Below, piece by piece: positions 16,864 to 25,921 of a DNA stretch of 37,105 bases. The translations under genes and the position numbers were made by a program. Under the pieces are notes generated by a model that was given only the letters and a program-made list of their open reading frames with translations, did not search any database and had not been told where the DNA came from. The first letter of the stretch is position 1; each line of letters begins with the position of its first letter. The stretch spans positions 1 to 37,105 of the forward strand of contig CAINVI010000005.1 of NCBI GenBank assembly GCA_903854075.1, read 5' to 3'. The DNA is from Candidatus Pollutiaquabacter sp. (GTDB lineage: Bacteria > Bacteroidota > Bacteroidia > AKYH767-A > 2013-40CM-41-45).

Positions 16864-17763
16864 TTAAAGTTTCATGAGCTTCGCAATTTGCTCGCGGATA
16901 TGGCGTTTGAAGGCCGGAGACCCGTTGATTTTTATCTCTCCTAAAAATCCCATCACAAAACGGCTGACCGGTTTCAAGTCGTAAACGGTCGTTCTGAAAC
17001 GATACTTGGCAGTTCCTTGCATTCGTTTAATCGATAATGCGGTTTGAGGATATTCTTCGCGCAGTATTACGCATGCCCGCAGGGAAAGCGTCAGGTCAAT
17101 TTCGAATTTCTTGTTGCTGTTGGCAAATCCGAAAACATCGTGCGGCTCGTACTTGTGTTTTGCCGCGTGCTTGATGTGGTTTTTCGTAATGACAACGTCC
17201 GTTATTCGTTCGATGTTGAAGTATTTGTTTTTACCGGATTCCAATTCGTAACCGACCAGATTCTGGTAGCTGTCGGTAAAGCGGATGGGCTCCACCAGTC
17301 GGTCGCTTATTCCGTTAGAGTTGGCAGAGTGGTATTGTTTCAATACTACTTGCTTCTTGTGCTGAATACCTTCATTCAGCTTCTGGACAATTTGTCCGAG
17401 GTGAGCACGCAGCAACAGATTGCCGGCAATCTGTAGATCCGAATTGACATAGAGCTTTTTAAGGATGCTTTCGCTCAACCGGTTCTTTTTACCAACGGTT
17501 AATAATAATTCATGTAAAAATTGCGCTTCATCCCCGGTGAAAACCAATTCGTGGAGGTCGGCCTCTACGGTTTCGATAAAGACACGAAAGCCGGAGTCAC
17601 GCTGTACGCGAAATCCTAGTTCTTCCAGTAAATCGAGGTAACGGTATACCGTTCGCTCGCTGCTGGTAAGAATTTCGCTTAACTGGCGAATTGATTTGGC
17701 GGGACGGGCCTTTAAAAGCGTGATCAGTTGAAGAACCCGAAGAATCTTATGCTGGTTGTGCAT
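16864..17763 (-). CDS. HTH plus WYL domain transcriptional regulator
   Basis: N-terminal winged HTH (ILRVLQLITLLKARPAKSIRQLSEILTSSERTVYRYLDLLEELGF). The central WYL-like domain reads VVLKQYHSANSNGISDRLVEPIRFTDSYQNLVGYELESGKNKYFNIERI. A C-terminal extension domain follows. Confidence 0.8.
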   Translation of the reverse strand: MHNQHKILRVLQLITLLKARPAKSIRQLSEILTSSERTVYRYLDLLEELGFRVQRDSGFRVFIETVEADLHELVFTGDEAQFLHELLLTVGKKNRLSESILKKLYVNSDLQIAGNLLLRAHLGQIVQKLNEGIQHKKQVVLKQYHSANSNGISDRLVEPIRFTDSYQNLVGYELESGKNKYFNIERITDVVITKNHIKHAAKHKYEPHDVFGFANSNKKFEIDLTLSLRACVILREEYPQTALSIKRMQGTAKYRFRTTVYDLKPVSRFVMGFLGEIKINGSPAFKRHIREQIAKLMKL

Positions 17764-17795
17764 GCTACCCCTAATTTAACCAATAAATTTTATTC

Positions 17796-17813
17796 GGGTC
17801 AAGAGTTTGACCC
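17796..17813. promoter_or_regulatory. Palindromic candidate operator GGGTCAA-N4-TTGACCC
   Basis: Perfect 7-bp inverted arms lying between the minus-strand -7 box (17821-17828) and the WYL gene ATG (17763), the position expected for autorepression. The function is inferred. Confidence 0.35.
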
Positions 17814-17820
17814 TAATTGT

Positions 17821-17828
17821 CAAAAATA
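17821..17828 (-). promoter_or_regulatory. Bacteroidota-type -7 promoter box TATTTTTG (minus strand) for the WYL regulator
   Basis: The reverse complement of CAAAAATA is an exact TAnnTTTG match 58 nt upstream of the ATG. Confidence 0.35.
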
Positions 17829-17913
17829 GATTCGATTTTTGTCGCGGACTTAATTTCAGAAAGTAATCAGGTGCTTTTTTAAAGACTGACTCCACACGTC
17901 CGGTTCGCAGCGG

Positions 17914-17966
17914 ATACACACTCATTTCTTTACCACTTTTCTGCACCGGAAATGGGTGTGTATTTT
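17914..17966 (+). other. Long hairpin / 15-bp inverted repeat with a trailing T-run in the WYL-TolC intergenic region
   Basis: ATACACACTCATTTC (17914-17928) pairs with GAAATGGGTGTGTAT (17949-17963) through 14 Watson-Crick pairs and one G-T. The loop is 20 nt and TTT follows. No gene lies upstream on the plus strand. Confidence 0.4.
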
Positions 17967-18048
17967 ACTAGTGTTAAATGGCTGATTTCATGAACGATTA
18001 ACGGTTTTTGGGAGCATTGGGCCATTTCTCAGGTCGCTGACTTTTAGC

Positions 18049-18056
18049 TAACTTTG
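18049..18056 (+). promoter_or_regulatory. Bacteroidota-type -7 promoter box TAACTTTG for the TolC operon
   Basis: Exact TAnnTTTG match 7 nt upstream of ATG 18064, which implies a leaderless or near-leaderless mRNA. Confidence 0.45.
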
Positions 18057-18063
18057 CACCTGC

Positions 18064-19497
18064 ATGGGCAATTCAATTTTCCGCCGGTTACTTTACTTTT
18101 TTCTGGGCATCTCCGTATCGACAGCGGCGCAGACCGAATGGTCGTTAACAAAATGCATCGATTACGCACTGGAGCACAACCTTCAAGTTCGTCAGTCTGC
18201 CCTGAACGTTGATCAGAGTAAGTCGGTGCAGGATCAGAGTTATGCCAATTTCTTTCCCAGTCTGAACGGACAAATAGGCCACAATTATTATTGGGGACGA
18301 TTCATTGACCCTTATACCAATATTTATACCAACCAGGAAGTGCAATCCAGTAACTTGGGACTAAGCGCTACGGTGTCGCTCTTCCAGGGCTTCCAGCTTC
18401 AGGCAACGCTCAGTCAGAGCAAACTGAATTACATGGCCAGCCGAAAGGAGCTGGATAAAATCCGAAATGATATTTCACTGAATGTGGTGGCTGCGTATTT
18501 GCAGGTACTGTATAATCAGGATCTATATGACGTATTGGTAGGACAGGTAAAAGCTACCGCTGATCAAGCGTCCCGTATGCGTCGGATGTACGAACTCGGC
18601 AACGCTTCCAAAGCGAACTTGCTCGATCTTGAAGCTCAACTTGCAGCAGACTCTTCCTCCCTGGTGAGCGGACAAGCTCAAGTGGATCAGTCGTTGCTGT
18701 CGCTCCTTCAATTACTCGAGATGGATACGGTCAGAGATTTTCGTTTGGAAAAGCCGGCGCAGTTTGTCGTGCCGGAACTCGCTGCGGATATTACGACAGA
18801 GTTTATCTATGCAGCGGCCTTACAAACCCAGCCGGAAATTCAAAGTTCAGAATACCGCAGATTGGCAGCGGCCAAAGGATTAGCGGCCGCAAAAGGCGCC
18901 CAGTATCCGCGTCTGTTTCTATCTGGCAATTGGAACACCAATTATTCCACGTCCAACCGTCAGGTGTCTGACGTAACGTTTGGTCCGCCGTCCATTTATC
19001 CCTCCGGCTTCACTTCTGGCGGAGATTCTGTCTTTACCGTAGCAGCTAATCCGGTCACTACGTTTACTGAGGTGCCTTTTTGGGATCAGCTTGATAAAAA
19101 CCGAGGTACAGGATTAGGCATTTCGTTGCAATTGCCTATTTTCAATAACTGGTCGGCACGCAACAATATTACTCGTTCGCGAATTGCGCTGGAGCAGTCC
19201 CAGCTGAACGACGAGATTACACGCAACAATCTCTATAAAAGCGTACAGCAGGCCGTCCTTGACGCTGTTTCCGCCCGCCGTAAATACGATGCCAATCTTC
19301 GCAGTGTAGCCAGCTTGCGCGAAGCGTCTTCGTTCAGCCGTCAGCGCTTCGAGCTCGGACTTATTAATACTTATGAATTTGCACTTGCGGTGAATAACCT
19401 GGCACGTGGAGAAGCAAATCTACTCCAAGCCAAATACGATTATTTGTTCCGCTTGAAACTACTCGATTTTTACCAGGGAAAACCATTAAGATTCTAA
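18064..19497 (+). CDS. TolC family outer membrane efflux protein
   Basis: Signal peptide, then LTKCIDYALEHNLQVRQSALNVDQS and two repeated coiled-coil/beta halves typical of outer membrane factor proteins. It is followed after 7 nt by an adaptor gene. Confidence 0.9.
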   Translation: MGNSIFRRLLYFFLGISVSTAAQTEWSLTKCIDYALEHNLQVRQSALNVDQSKSVQDQSYANFFPSLNGQIGHNYYWGRFIDPYTNIYTNQEVQSSNLGLSATVSLFQGFQLQATLSQSKLNYMASRKELDKIRNDISLNVVAAYLQVLYNQDLYDVLVGQVKATADQASRMRRMYELGNASKANLLDLEAQLAADSSSLVSGQAQVDQSLLSLLQLLEMDTVRDFRLEKPAQFVVPELAADITTEFIYAAALQTQPEIQSSEYRRLAAAKGLAAAKGAQYPRLFLSGNWNTNYSTSNRQVSDVTFGPPSIYPSGFTSGGDSVFTVAANPVTTFTEVPFWDQLDKNRGTGLGISLQLPIFNNWSARNNITRSRIALEQSQLNDEITRNNLYKSVQQAVLDAVSARRKYDANLRSVASLREASSFSRQRFELGLINTYEFALAVNNLARGEANLLQAKYDYLFRLKLLDFYQGKPLRF

Positions 19498-19504
19498 TTC
19501 TTCG

Positions 19505-20857
19505 ATGAAACGTAAACCCAATTTTTTGAAATGGCTGATCATTGCCGTTGTTGTGCTACTAGTGATTGCGCTCGTTGGTAAACGAATGGGCTGGGTAGGT
19601 GGTGAGGATAAGCAGGAGGTCGTTGTAGAACAGGTGACCAAACGCAATATCACGGAAGTGGTATCGGCCAGCGGTAAAATTCAGCCGGAAGTGCAGGTGA
19701 AGATTAGTCCTGACGTTTCCGGCGAGATCGTGGAGTTGAATGTTAAAGAAGGAGATCGCGTTAAGAAGGGGCAATTGCTGGTTCGCATTCTGCCGGATAT
19801 CTATCAGTCTTACGTTGAACGTTCCGTGGCAGCCGTCAATTCTTCCCGCGCCCAATTAGAAAATTCACGTTCGCGCATTCTGCAAGCGGAATCGCAACTC
19901 TCGCGCTCCAAGGCCAATTACGACCGTAATAAGCAACTGTTTGAGGAGAAACTTATTTCTGCTTCGGAATGGGAGCAAGTGAAGTCATCCTGGGAAGTGG
20001 CCGTAGCCGAAGTAGCTGCCGCCAAGCAAGCTGCCGATGCTGCCGGATTCGGGGTACGTAGTGCCGAAGCTTCGCTGAAAGAAGCAAACGATAACTTACG
20101 CAAGACCTCCATCTTCGCGCCGGTCGATGGTACCATTTCCAAACTGAATGTTGAAAAGGGAGAGCGCGTAGTCGGAACCTCCCAGATGGCCGGAACCGAA
20201 ATGATGATTCTGGCAGATCTCAATGAAATGGAAGTTAACGTTGATGTCAATGAGAACGATATTGTCCGCGTGAATATCGGTGATACCGCAATCGTTGAAG
20301 TGGATGCCTATCTGGGAAAAAAATTCAAAGGCATTGTTACTGAAGTGTCCAATTCTGCCAATATCACCGGTATGAGTGCAGAACAGGTTACTAACTTCAC
20401 GGTCAAGGTTCGTATTCTGCGTGAATCTTATGCGGAAGTCGTAGATAGCTTGCATCCGGAGCGCAGCGTTTTTCATCCCGGTATGTCTGCTACGGTCGAT
20501 ATCATGACACGCAGTATTAACGGCGTACTTGCTCTTCCGATCCAATCGGTCACCACGCGCGACACAGCGACAGCCAGTACATCGACAGAGGAAAATGGGG
20601 AAGCTGGTATTTCCGGTGGATCGGAAGCTGTAGAACGGGAAATCGAATGTGTCTTCGTCGAATTGAATGGCACGGTGCAGCTTCGTCCGGTGAAAACCGG
20701 TATTCAGGATAACACGTATATTGAAATCAAGGAAGGGCTGAAAGCCGGTGAACGAGTAGTCAGTGGTCCGTACTCCGCCATTTCCAGAATGTTGGAAAAC
20801 GATGACGCCGTAGAAGTAGTGGCGAAGGATCAATTGTACAGTGGAAATAATAAATAA
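19505..20857 (+). CDS. Efflux transporter periplasmic adaptor subunit (HlyD/MacA-like membrane fusion protein)
   Basis: N-terminal TM anchor, a lipoyl-like motif (ISPDVSGEIVELNVKEGDRVKKGQLLVRI ... IFAPVDGTISKLNVEKGERV) and a long coiled-coil hairpin between its halves. Confidence 0.9.
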   Translation: MKRKPNFLKWLIIAVVVLLVIALVGKRMGWVGGEDKQEVVVEQVTKRNITEVVSASGKIQPEVQVKISPDVSGEIVELNVKEGDRVKKGQLLVRILPDIYQSYVERSVAAVNSSRAQLENSRSRILQAESQLSRSKANYDRNKQLFEEKLISASEWEQVKSSWEVAVAEVAAAKQAADAAGFGVRSAEASLKEANDNLRKTSIFAPVDGTISKLNVEKGERVVGTSQMAGTEMMILADLNEMEVNVDVNENDIVRVNIGDTAIVEVDAYLGKKFKGIVTEVSNSANITGMSAEQVTNFTVKVRILRESYAEVVDSLHPERSVFHPGMSATVDIMTRSINGVLALPIQSVTTRDTATASTSTEENGEAGISGGSEAVEREIECVFVELNGTVQLRPVKTGIQDNTYIEIKEGLKAGERVVSGPYSAISRMLENDDAVEVVAKDQLYSGNNK

Positions 20858-20909
20858 CCCAAGAAGGATGATTGCATTGCCGTAATTCGGCACGAAATCC
20901 GGATCAATT

Positions 20910-21608
20910 ATGGCAACTTTTCTTGCAATAGAATCTTCCACAGCAGTATGTGCTGTTGCTGTAGTAAAAAATGGTACAGCGGTTGCTGCCCGAACAACTA
21001 GTGAAGCATATGCGCACGCCGAAAAACTTGCCGTATTTATACAGGAGGTGATCCGCGAATCTGGAGTAGGCTTATCGGAAGTAGATGCTGTAGTAGTCAG
21101 CGGTGGACCGGGCTCTTATACCGGTTTACGGATTGGAGTAAGTACAGCAAAAGGTATTTGCTGGGCGCTGGATAAGCCATTGATTGCCGTACCCACATTG
21201 CTGGCCATGGCTGCCGGCGCAAAATCACAGCTGCAGTGGTCTGCACCATTTTTGCTCTGTCCGCTAATCGATGCGCGACGAATGGAAGTCTATACGGCAA
21301 CTTTTGATGAACAGCTTGCGGAAGTTCGTTCGCTGTCCGCTACTATTGTGGACGAGAACGCTTTCACTGCGTTACTGGATAAACATATTGTTTACTTTTT
21401 TGGCGACGGCATGGCTAAATGCAAACCGATGTTGGAGCAACATCCGAATGCACGTTTTCTGGACAGCTTTCAGATGGATGCAGTGCATTTGATTCCGATT
21501 GCTGACCAGCGCTTCGGTCGTGGCGATACGGATCACGTTGCCTTGTATGAGCCGCACTATTTCAAAGAGTTTGTCGCAGGGAAGGGTTCGCAATCGCCGG
21601 CTCAGTAA
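20910..21608 (+). CDS. tsaB: tRNA t6A37 threonylcarbamoyltransferase complex subunit TsaB (YeaZ)
   Basis: N-terminus FLAIESSTAVCAVAVV and GPGSYTGLRIGVSTAKG, characteristic of YeaZ/TsaB. Confidence 0.85.
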   Translation: MATFLAIESSTAVCAVAVVKNGTAVAARTTSEAYAHAEKLAVFIQEVIRESGVGLSEVDAVVVSGGPGSYTGLRIGVSTAKGICWALDKPLIAVPTLLAMAAGAKSQLQWSAPFLLCPLIDARRMEVYTATFDEQLAEVRSLSATIVDENAFTALLDKHIVYFFGDGMAKCKPMLEQHPNARFLDSFQMDAVHLIPIADQRFGRGDTDHVALYEPHYFKEFVAGKGSQSPAQ

Positions 21609-22243
21609 AAAGTAAATTCCGGATGACGTTCTTCCTGTAACGTGTTACTCAATTCCAGGAAGTTTCGGCAGCCCGTCCGCTGATAGAGTTTCCAGAACAG
21701 TTTGTCTATCGTTTTATGGCTGACGTGCAATTCGTCACCAATTTCTGTGGCAGTTTTTCCTTGTTGCCGTAAGCGGATCGCTTTCTTTTCGCGCTCATCC
21801 AATTGTTTCAGCAGTGAAGTGCTGCTTGCTTTTTTCCATTGGTGCAATAAAGCGGTTCCAATCAAATGATTGTAGTGGTAGCCGTAGGTTTTTACGTCGT
21901 GAAACGCCTGTTCGATGTCGGCTCCTGAATAACCGTCGGTGATAATCGCGTTAATGCCGCTGTCTAATAAGGATAGGCACGATAAGTGATCCAGTTGCTG
22001 TCCGGCAATCCAGCCCACCAGCAGCGCCGCAGGATATTGCTGCCGTAATCGTTGTAACGCAGGTTTTTCAAATTCCTTAAGTGGATCAAGGTAGCATAGA
22101 ATTTCCGGTGCTTCCGTCGGTAAACTGCGTAGCAGGGAACGTTCGATGATGTAAACCGGCTCCCTTTCATTGGAAAAGCGGATGCGCTGCGACCAAAGTT
22201 GAGCACTTGGGGTGAAGGCGATACTAAATAGCTGGTGTGTCAT
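21602..22243 (-). CDS. LuxR-family HTH regulator with a degenerate receiver-like N-terminal domain
   Basis: C-terminal LuxR/GerE HTH (LDEREKKAIRLRQQGKTATEIGDELHVSHKTIDKLFWKLYQRTG). The N-terminal ~130 aa has receiver-like length and layout, but I could not identify the acidic pocket or phospho-acceptor Asp. Confidence 0.65.
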   Translation of the reverse strand: MTHQLFSIAFTPSAQLWSQRIRFSNEREPVYIIERSLLRSLPTEAPEILCYLDPLKEFEKPALQRLRQQYPAALLVGWIAGQQLDHLSCLSLLDSGINAIITDGYSGADIEQAFHDVKTYGYHYNHLIGTALLHQWKKASSTSLLKQLDEREKKAIRLRQQGKTATEIGDELHVSHKTIDKLFWKLYQRTGCRNFLELSNTLQEERHPEFTFY

Positions 22244-22416
22244 AGCGATTAATTTTGTTCAAATTTCTGACCACAAAATCCTGCATACATCCGCTATCTG
22301 CGGATATGTGACACTCAGCCGTTGCTTTCTCCTAACAAAAGCGGATTAATGAGTCTTGTCGTGATAACTCTACGATGCTGTAGAAATGTCTTCCCGCTGC
22401 TGCGCTGCTGTGCTCT

Positions 22417-22424
22417 TATTTTTG
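22417..22424 (+). promoter_or_regulatory. Bacteroidota-type -7 promoter box TATTTTTG
   Basis: Exact TAnnTTTG match 42 nt upstream of ATG 22466. Confidence 0.35.
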
Positions 22425-22465
22425 TCGGGTGCTTCGGAACGAATCGGAAGCGACAACTTTAAAAC

Positions 22466-22933
22466 ATGGAACGTGGTATGAAAAAAATCAAAAAGAACCT
22501 GGCAACACTCGTATTGATTATCGCGCTTTTGCCCTCAAACGATGCGAAGGCGGTAAAAATAACATTTGGTACAAAATGTCATCCGGATGGTACGGGAGCT
22601 TGTGTTGGTGAGCGCGGAATTTGTTTGATTATAGAAATGCGTAAAGTGGATCCGGCACATCGAGTTTTTCATCCAAATAGCTTACTCGGTGATGATATGG
22701 CGTTAGGTGATTTGGTATTGTTATCGAGAACTACTATGCGACTGGATATCATGGAACAGCGTTCGGATGCGGAGCTTAACGGTGAATTTATTGTAGAAAG
22801 CGACATACGATTGAACGATGAGATTTGTCGTGAATTAGGTGTCAATACCGCTACTATTCGCGCCGGTATTTATTCAGTGGATTACAGTATGATGCGCTAC
22901 GGTGCGGTCGTATTGAATATCAGTACACAATAA
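22466..22933 (+). CDS. Hypothetical secreted protein with a Cys-containing N-terminal motif
   Basis: Signal peptide (KKNLATLVLIIALLPSNDAKA), then FGTKCHPDGTGACVGERGICLI. I recognise no family. Alternative start at ATG 22478. Confidence 0.5.
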   Translation: MERGMKKIKKNLATLVLIIALLPSNDAKAVKITFGTKCHPDGTGACVGERGICLIIEMRKVDPAHRVFHPNSLLGDDMALGDLVLLSRTTMRLDIMEQRSDAELNGEFIVESDIRLNDEICRELGVNTATIRAGIYSVDYSMMRYGAVVLNISTQ

Positions 22934-23069
22934 TAGCTTTCAAGTGGTTGGTTGTTTATAATGATGCAACGGTCTGGGGTTGTAATGGAGGGTCGTGTTC
23001 GGAGAAGGGTAGGCGATTCGGAGTGCCTTTCATTCGCCCTCGTCCTTGCGTCAGAAATACAGTCGCTAT

Positions 23070-23681
23070 ATGAAAACAATAATACCGAAAATGCCAATCG
23101 TCCTTCTGGCGATAATGAGTTTGTTTTACGCGGGCTGCACGATTCAAAAGCTACCGGTTCGTCCGCCGGACGATGGCTATTATTCCTTGTCGGAGCAACA
23201 GCGCCACCACCTGGACGAAGCCAGTGAATCGCAAGGATGTTGTTCGGAAGTAAACGCCGGTGATGTGGCGATGATCTGCAGTAAATACAAACTCACCTGG
23301 ATTACGTTGTTGGCATCGTGGTGTCCGCATTCTAATGGGGTGGAGCAGCAATACGGAAACTGGCATAATCAAGGGCTGTCAGGTTCGGTAGTATGGTTGC
23401 CGGTTTACTTGGACTATAATGCAAAACGGATTCATGGTGCATCATTCCAATCCAATGGCAAAGAATCTTATCGCGTTCTTTCCCGGTCGGTTTACGGCGG
23501 AAGTGAATGGGAAAAGGAGAAATACTTTTATGAAGAACTCACCGGGAAAAAGTTGGTGACACCGGCCGTTCCGTTACACTTGATTTTTGACAGCAATACA
23601 CATTTGCTTTTTAAACAATCAGGAACGGTGGCTGATCCGGTGGAATTAATCCGGCAACTGTTGGATGAATTAAACGGATAG
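23070..23681 (+). CDS. Thioredoxin-fold lipoprotein with a CxxS motif
   Basis: Lipobox LFYAGC. The Trx-like beta1-alpha1 element reads WITLLASWCPHSN (CPHS rather than CxxC), with a cis-Pro-like VPLHLIFD followed by LLFKQSG. The start is moved from TTG 23046 to ATG 23070. Confidence 0.55.
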   Translation: MKTIIPKMPIVLLAIMSLFYAGCTIQKLPVRPPDDGYYSLSEQQRHHLDEASESQGCCSEVNAGDVAMICSKYKLTWITLLASWCPHSNGVEQQYGNWHNQGLSGSVVWLPVYLDYNAKRIHGASFQSNGKESYRVLSRSVYGGSEWEKEKYFYEELTGKKLVTPAVPLHLIFDSNTHLLFKQSGTVADPVELIRQLLDELNG

Positions 23682-23708
23682 TTCGTAATCAAAGCGTATT
23701 TCGGATGA

Positions 23709-25751
23709 CTACTTTTCGTTCTTGCCGGAACGTTGAAGTAATACTATCGCCTCGTGTGCAGACATTACCGGCAATTGGCAGGCGCCGTTGGTGCAAACGT
23801 AAAACAAAGTGGATCCGGATTGATAACGATTGGTCAACAGCGGCAAGGAAGAGGCACTGTTGCTGCCGGCAAGAAGTACATGTGGCAGGTATAACGACCG
23901 TAAATAAAGTCCTTCATCAAGTGCTTTGTCGCCGGTAACGACTAACTCATGATAGGGGTACGTAAACCACAGTAACAGTTGTGCCCAATTCGAATACGCC
24001 GATCCGTAACGTGGCATATCACGCACCACGATTTGCAGCGATTGCCGTGCACGGTCTGTAAGCTCTGTATCACCAAGTAAATGTCCGAGTTGGAAAAGAA
24101 CTTTGGCCAATACCGAGTTTGCCGCGGGTATCACATTGTCGTGCACTTCGAGTTTACGGGTGATCAGTTGCGGTTCAAGGTCATTCGTGAACCAGCACAG
24201 TCCGGTATCAGGATCGGAGAAGTGTTTCAGCGTGTATTGAACAAGTGACTTAGCTTTCTCGAGCCACGACTCGTTAAACGTGGAACGGTACAACGATAGT
24301 AGTGCCTGTGCCAGCAAGGCATAATCTTCCAGGAAGCCGGGGCCCTTTTGTTTGTCTACCGTTCCGGCATGGATGAGTCTGCCATCGTCGCTAAGCATAT
24401 TGTCCAGCAGCCAGCGTGCTGCTTGTTCAGCGCGCTGCAGATAAGTTGCTTCGCCGGTGCTGTCGTAGGCATCACACCATGCGGTGATCATCAAGGCATT
24501 CCAGGAAGTGAGGATTTTATTATCAAGCCCCGGACGAACCCGCTGCGCGCGAACAGCCAGCAGCTGTTCCTTGCATTGCACTACTATCGATTTCCAGTCA
24601 GCGGTGGAAAGTCTATGTTTTGCAGCAAAATCTTCGTCGCTGCTTGTGCGTAATAATATATTTCGACCGTGCTCCCAAAGTCCTTTGCCGTTGACAGCGT
24701 AATAATCTTGAATCAACGAAGCAATGTCATGTGTTTCGGACGCGGGAAAATCAACGTTAGATAGCTCTTCGACTGTCCATGTGTAAAATTTCCCTTCTTC
24801 CCCTTCCGAATCGGCATCAAGCGCCGAGTAGCATACCCCTTCCGGAGCAGTAAGTTCTCGTTCTATGAAAGACAGTGTTTCGGTGACGATTTCACGGTAG
24901 AGCACTTTTCCGGTACGCTGATACGCTTTGGCATACAACGAAATCAGTTGCGCATTATCGTACAACATTTTCTCGAAATGCGGAACTTTCCATTCACTAT
25001 CTACGGAGTACCGTGCGAATCCACCGCCGATTTGATCGTAGATACCGCCGTAAGCCATTTTATCCAAGGTCAGTTCGACATGTTGCAACAGCGCAGGATC
25101 ATCGGTGACGTACTGGTAGTGAAGCAGGAATTCGTAGTTGTTGGGTAGCGGGAACTTCGGCGCCCGGTTGGGTCCGCCTTCGAGGTGGTCGAATTGACGC
25201 TTCCAATTCTCGACAGTTTCGTGCAGTGGTTGACGGGAAAGCGGCTGGTCGTCGTGCAGGGTGACGAGGTCGGAGCGGTGCATGCCGGTGGTTAATTCAT
25301 CAGCATATTGATGCGCTTTAACGGGGTCTTGGCGGTAAAAGGCAGCGAGTTGTTGCAACACTTTGTTCCAGTTGGCGTTCGGAAAATAGGTGCCGCCGTA
25401 GAGCGGACGACTGTCGGGCAGTGTGAAGCAGTTGAGTGGCCAACCTCCTTGTCCGGTCATGAGCTGCACGGCACTCATATAGACCTGATCAATATCCGGG
25501 CGCTCCTCACGGTCTACTTTGATACAGACAAAGTGGTCGTTCATCAGTTGAGCCGTGATGGCGTTCTCAAAACTTTCATGTTCCATCACGTGACACCAGT
25601 GGCACGCTGAATAGCCAACCGAAACAAGCACGAGTTTGTTTTCCTGTCGTGCTTTCTCCCATGCCTCCTCGCACCACGGATACCAATCGACAGGATTGTT
25701 GACGTGTTGGAGCAGGTAAGGGCTGGTTTCCCCGAGAAGGTGGTTGGGCAT
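23709..25751 (-). CDS. Thioredoxin domain-containing protein, DUF255/YyaL family (Trx domain plus six-hairpin glycosidase-like domain)
   Basis: N-terminus [52 protein letters not shown] is the hallmark of this family, and the 680-aa length fits. Confidence 0.9.
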   Translation of the reverse strand: MPNHLLGETSPYLLQHVNNPVDWYPWCEEAWEKARQENKLVLVSVGYSACHWCHVMEHESFENAITAQLMNDHFVCIKVDREERPDIDQVYMSAVQLMTGQGGWPLNCFTLPDSRPLYGGTYFPNANWNKVLQQLAAFYRQDPVKAHQYADELTTGMHRSDLVTLHDDQPLSRQPLHETVENWKRQFDHLEGGPNRAPKFPLPNNYEFLLHYQYVTDDPALLQHVELTLDKMAYGGIYDQIGGGFARYSVDSEWKVPHFEKMLYDNAQLISLYAKAYQRTGKVLYREIVTETLSFIERELTAPEGVCYSALDADSEGEEGKFYTWTVEELSNVDFPASETHDIASLIQDYYAVNGKGLWEHGRNILLRTSSDEDFAAKHRLSTADWKSIVVQCKEQLLAVRAQRVRPGLDNKILTSWNALMITAWCDAYDSTGEATYLQRAEQAARWLLDNMLSDDGRLIHAGTVDKQKGPGFLEDYALLAQALLSLYRSTFNESWLEKAKSLVQYTLKHFSDPDTGLCWFTNDLEPQLITRKLEVHDNVIPAANSVLAKVLFQLGHLLGDTELTDRARQSLQIVVRDMPRYGSAYSNWAQLLLWFTYPYHELVVTGDKALDEGLYLRSLYLPHVLLAGSNSASSLPLLTNRYQSGSTLFYVCTNGACQLPVMSAHEAIVLLQRSGKNEK

Positions 25752-25796
25752 AGGGGCGAAGTTAGGGAATATTTCAGTCAGCGGACTTCAGCGCTT

Positions 25797-25844
25797 CGGC
25801 GCTTCGACAAGCTCAGCGCAAGCAAGCTCAGCGCAATTCAGCAG
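25797..25844. repeat. Left copy of a 48-nt inverted repeat flanking the ORF6N gene
   Basis: CGGCGCTTCGACAAGCTCAGCGCAAGCAAGCTCAGCGCAATTCAGCAG matches the reverse complement of 26361-26408 at 42 of 48 positions. It contains an internal direct duplication of AAGCTCAGCGCA. Confidence 0.75.
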
Positions 25845-25921
25845 CATAAAGCACCCTGAGCGTAGTCGAAGGGTGCGGTGCTTCAATATTCAGTTTGCTG
25901 TCAATTGCAGACTGCCTTCAA

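Noticed and set aside
16864-17763. The WYL regulator as a flag for a neighbouring anti-phage defence system (BrxR/CapW-style)
   Set aside because: The genes on both sides are an anti-sigma/beta-barrel protein (convergent) and a TolC-adaptor pair (divergent). No nuclease, ATPase, methyltransferase, cyclase or other defence-type gene is adjacent.
20096-20941. 281-aa minus-strand ORF antisense to the adaptor gene
   Set aside because: It lies almost entirely within a plus-strand gene that has a clear membrane-fusion-protein signature. Its translation is Arg/Phe/Ile/Cys-rich with no motif. This is the typical shadow ORF of a coding region.
21602-21608. 7-nt convergent overlap of the tsaB and LuxR-type gene 3' ends
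   Set aside because: Short convergent overlaps of stop regions are common and carry no clear regulatory implication here.
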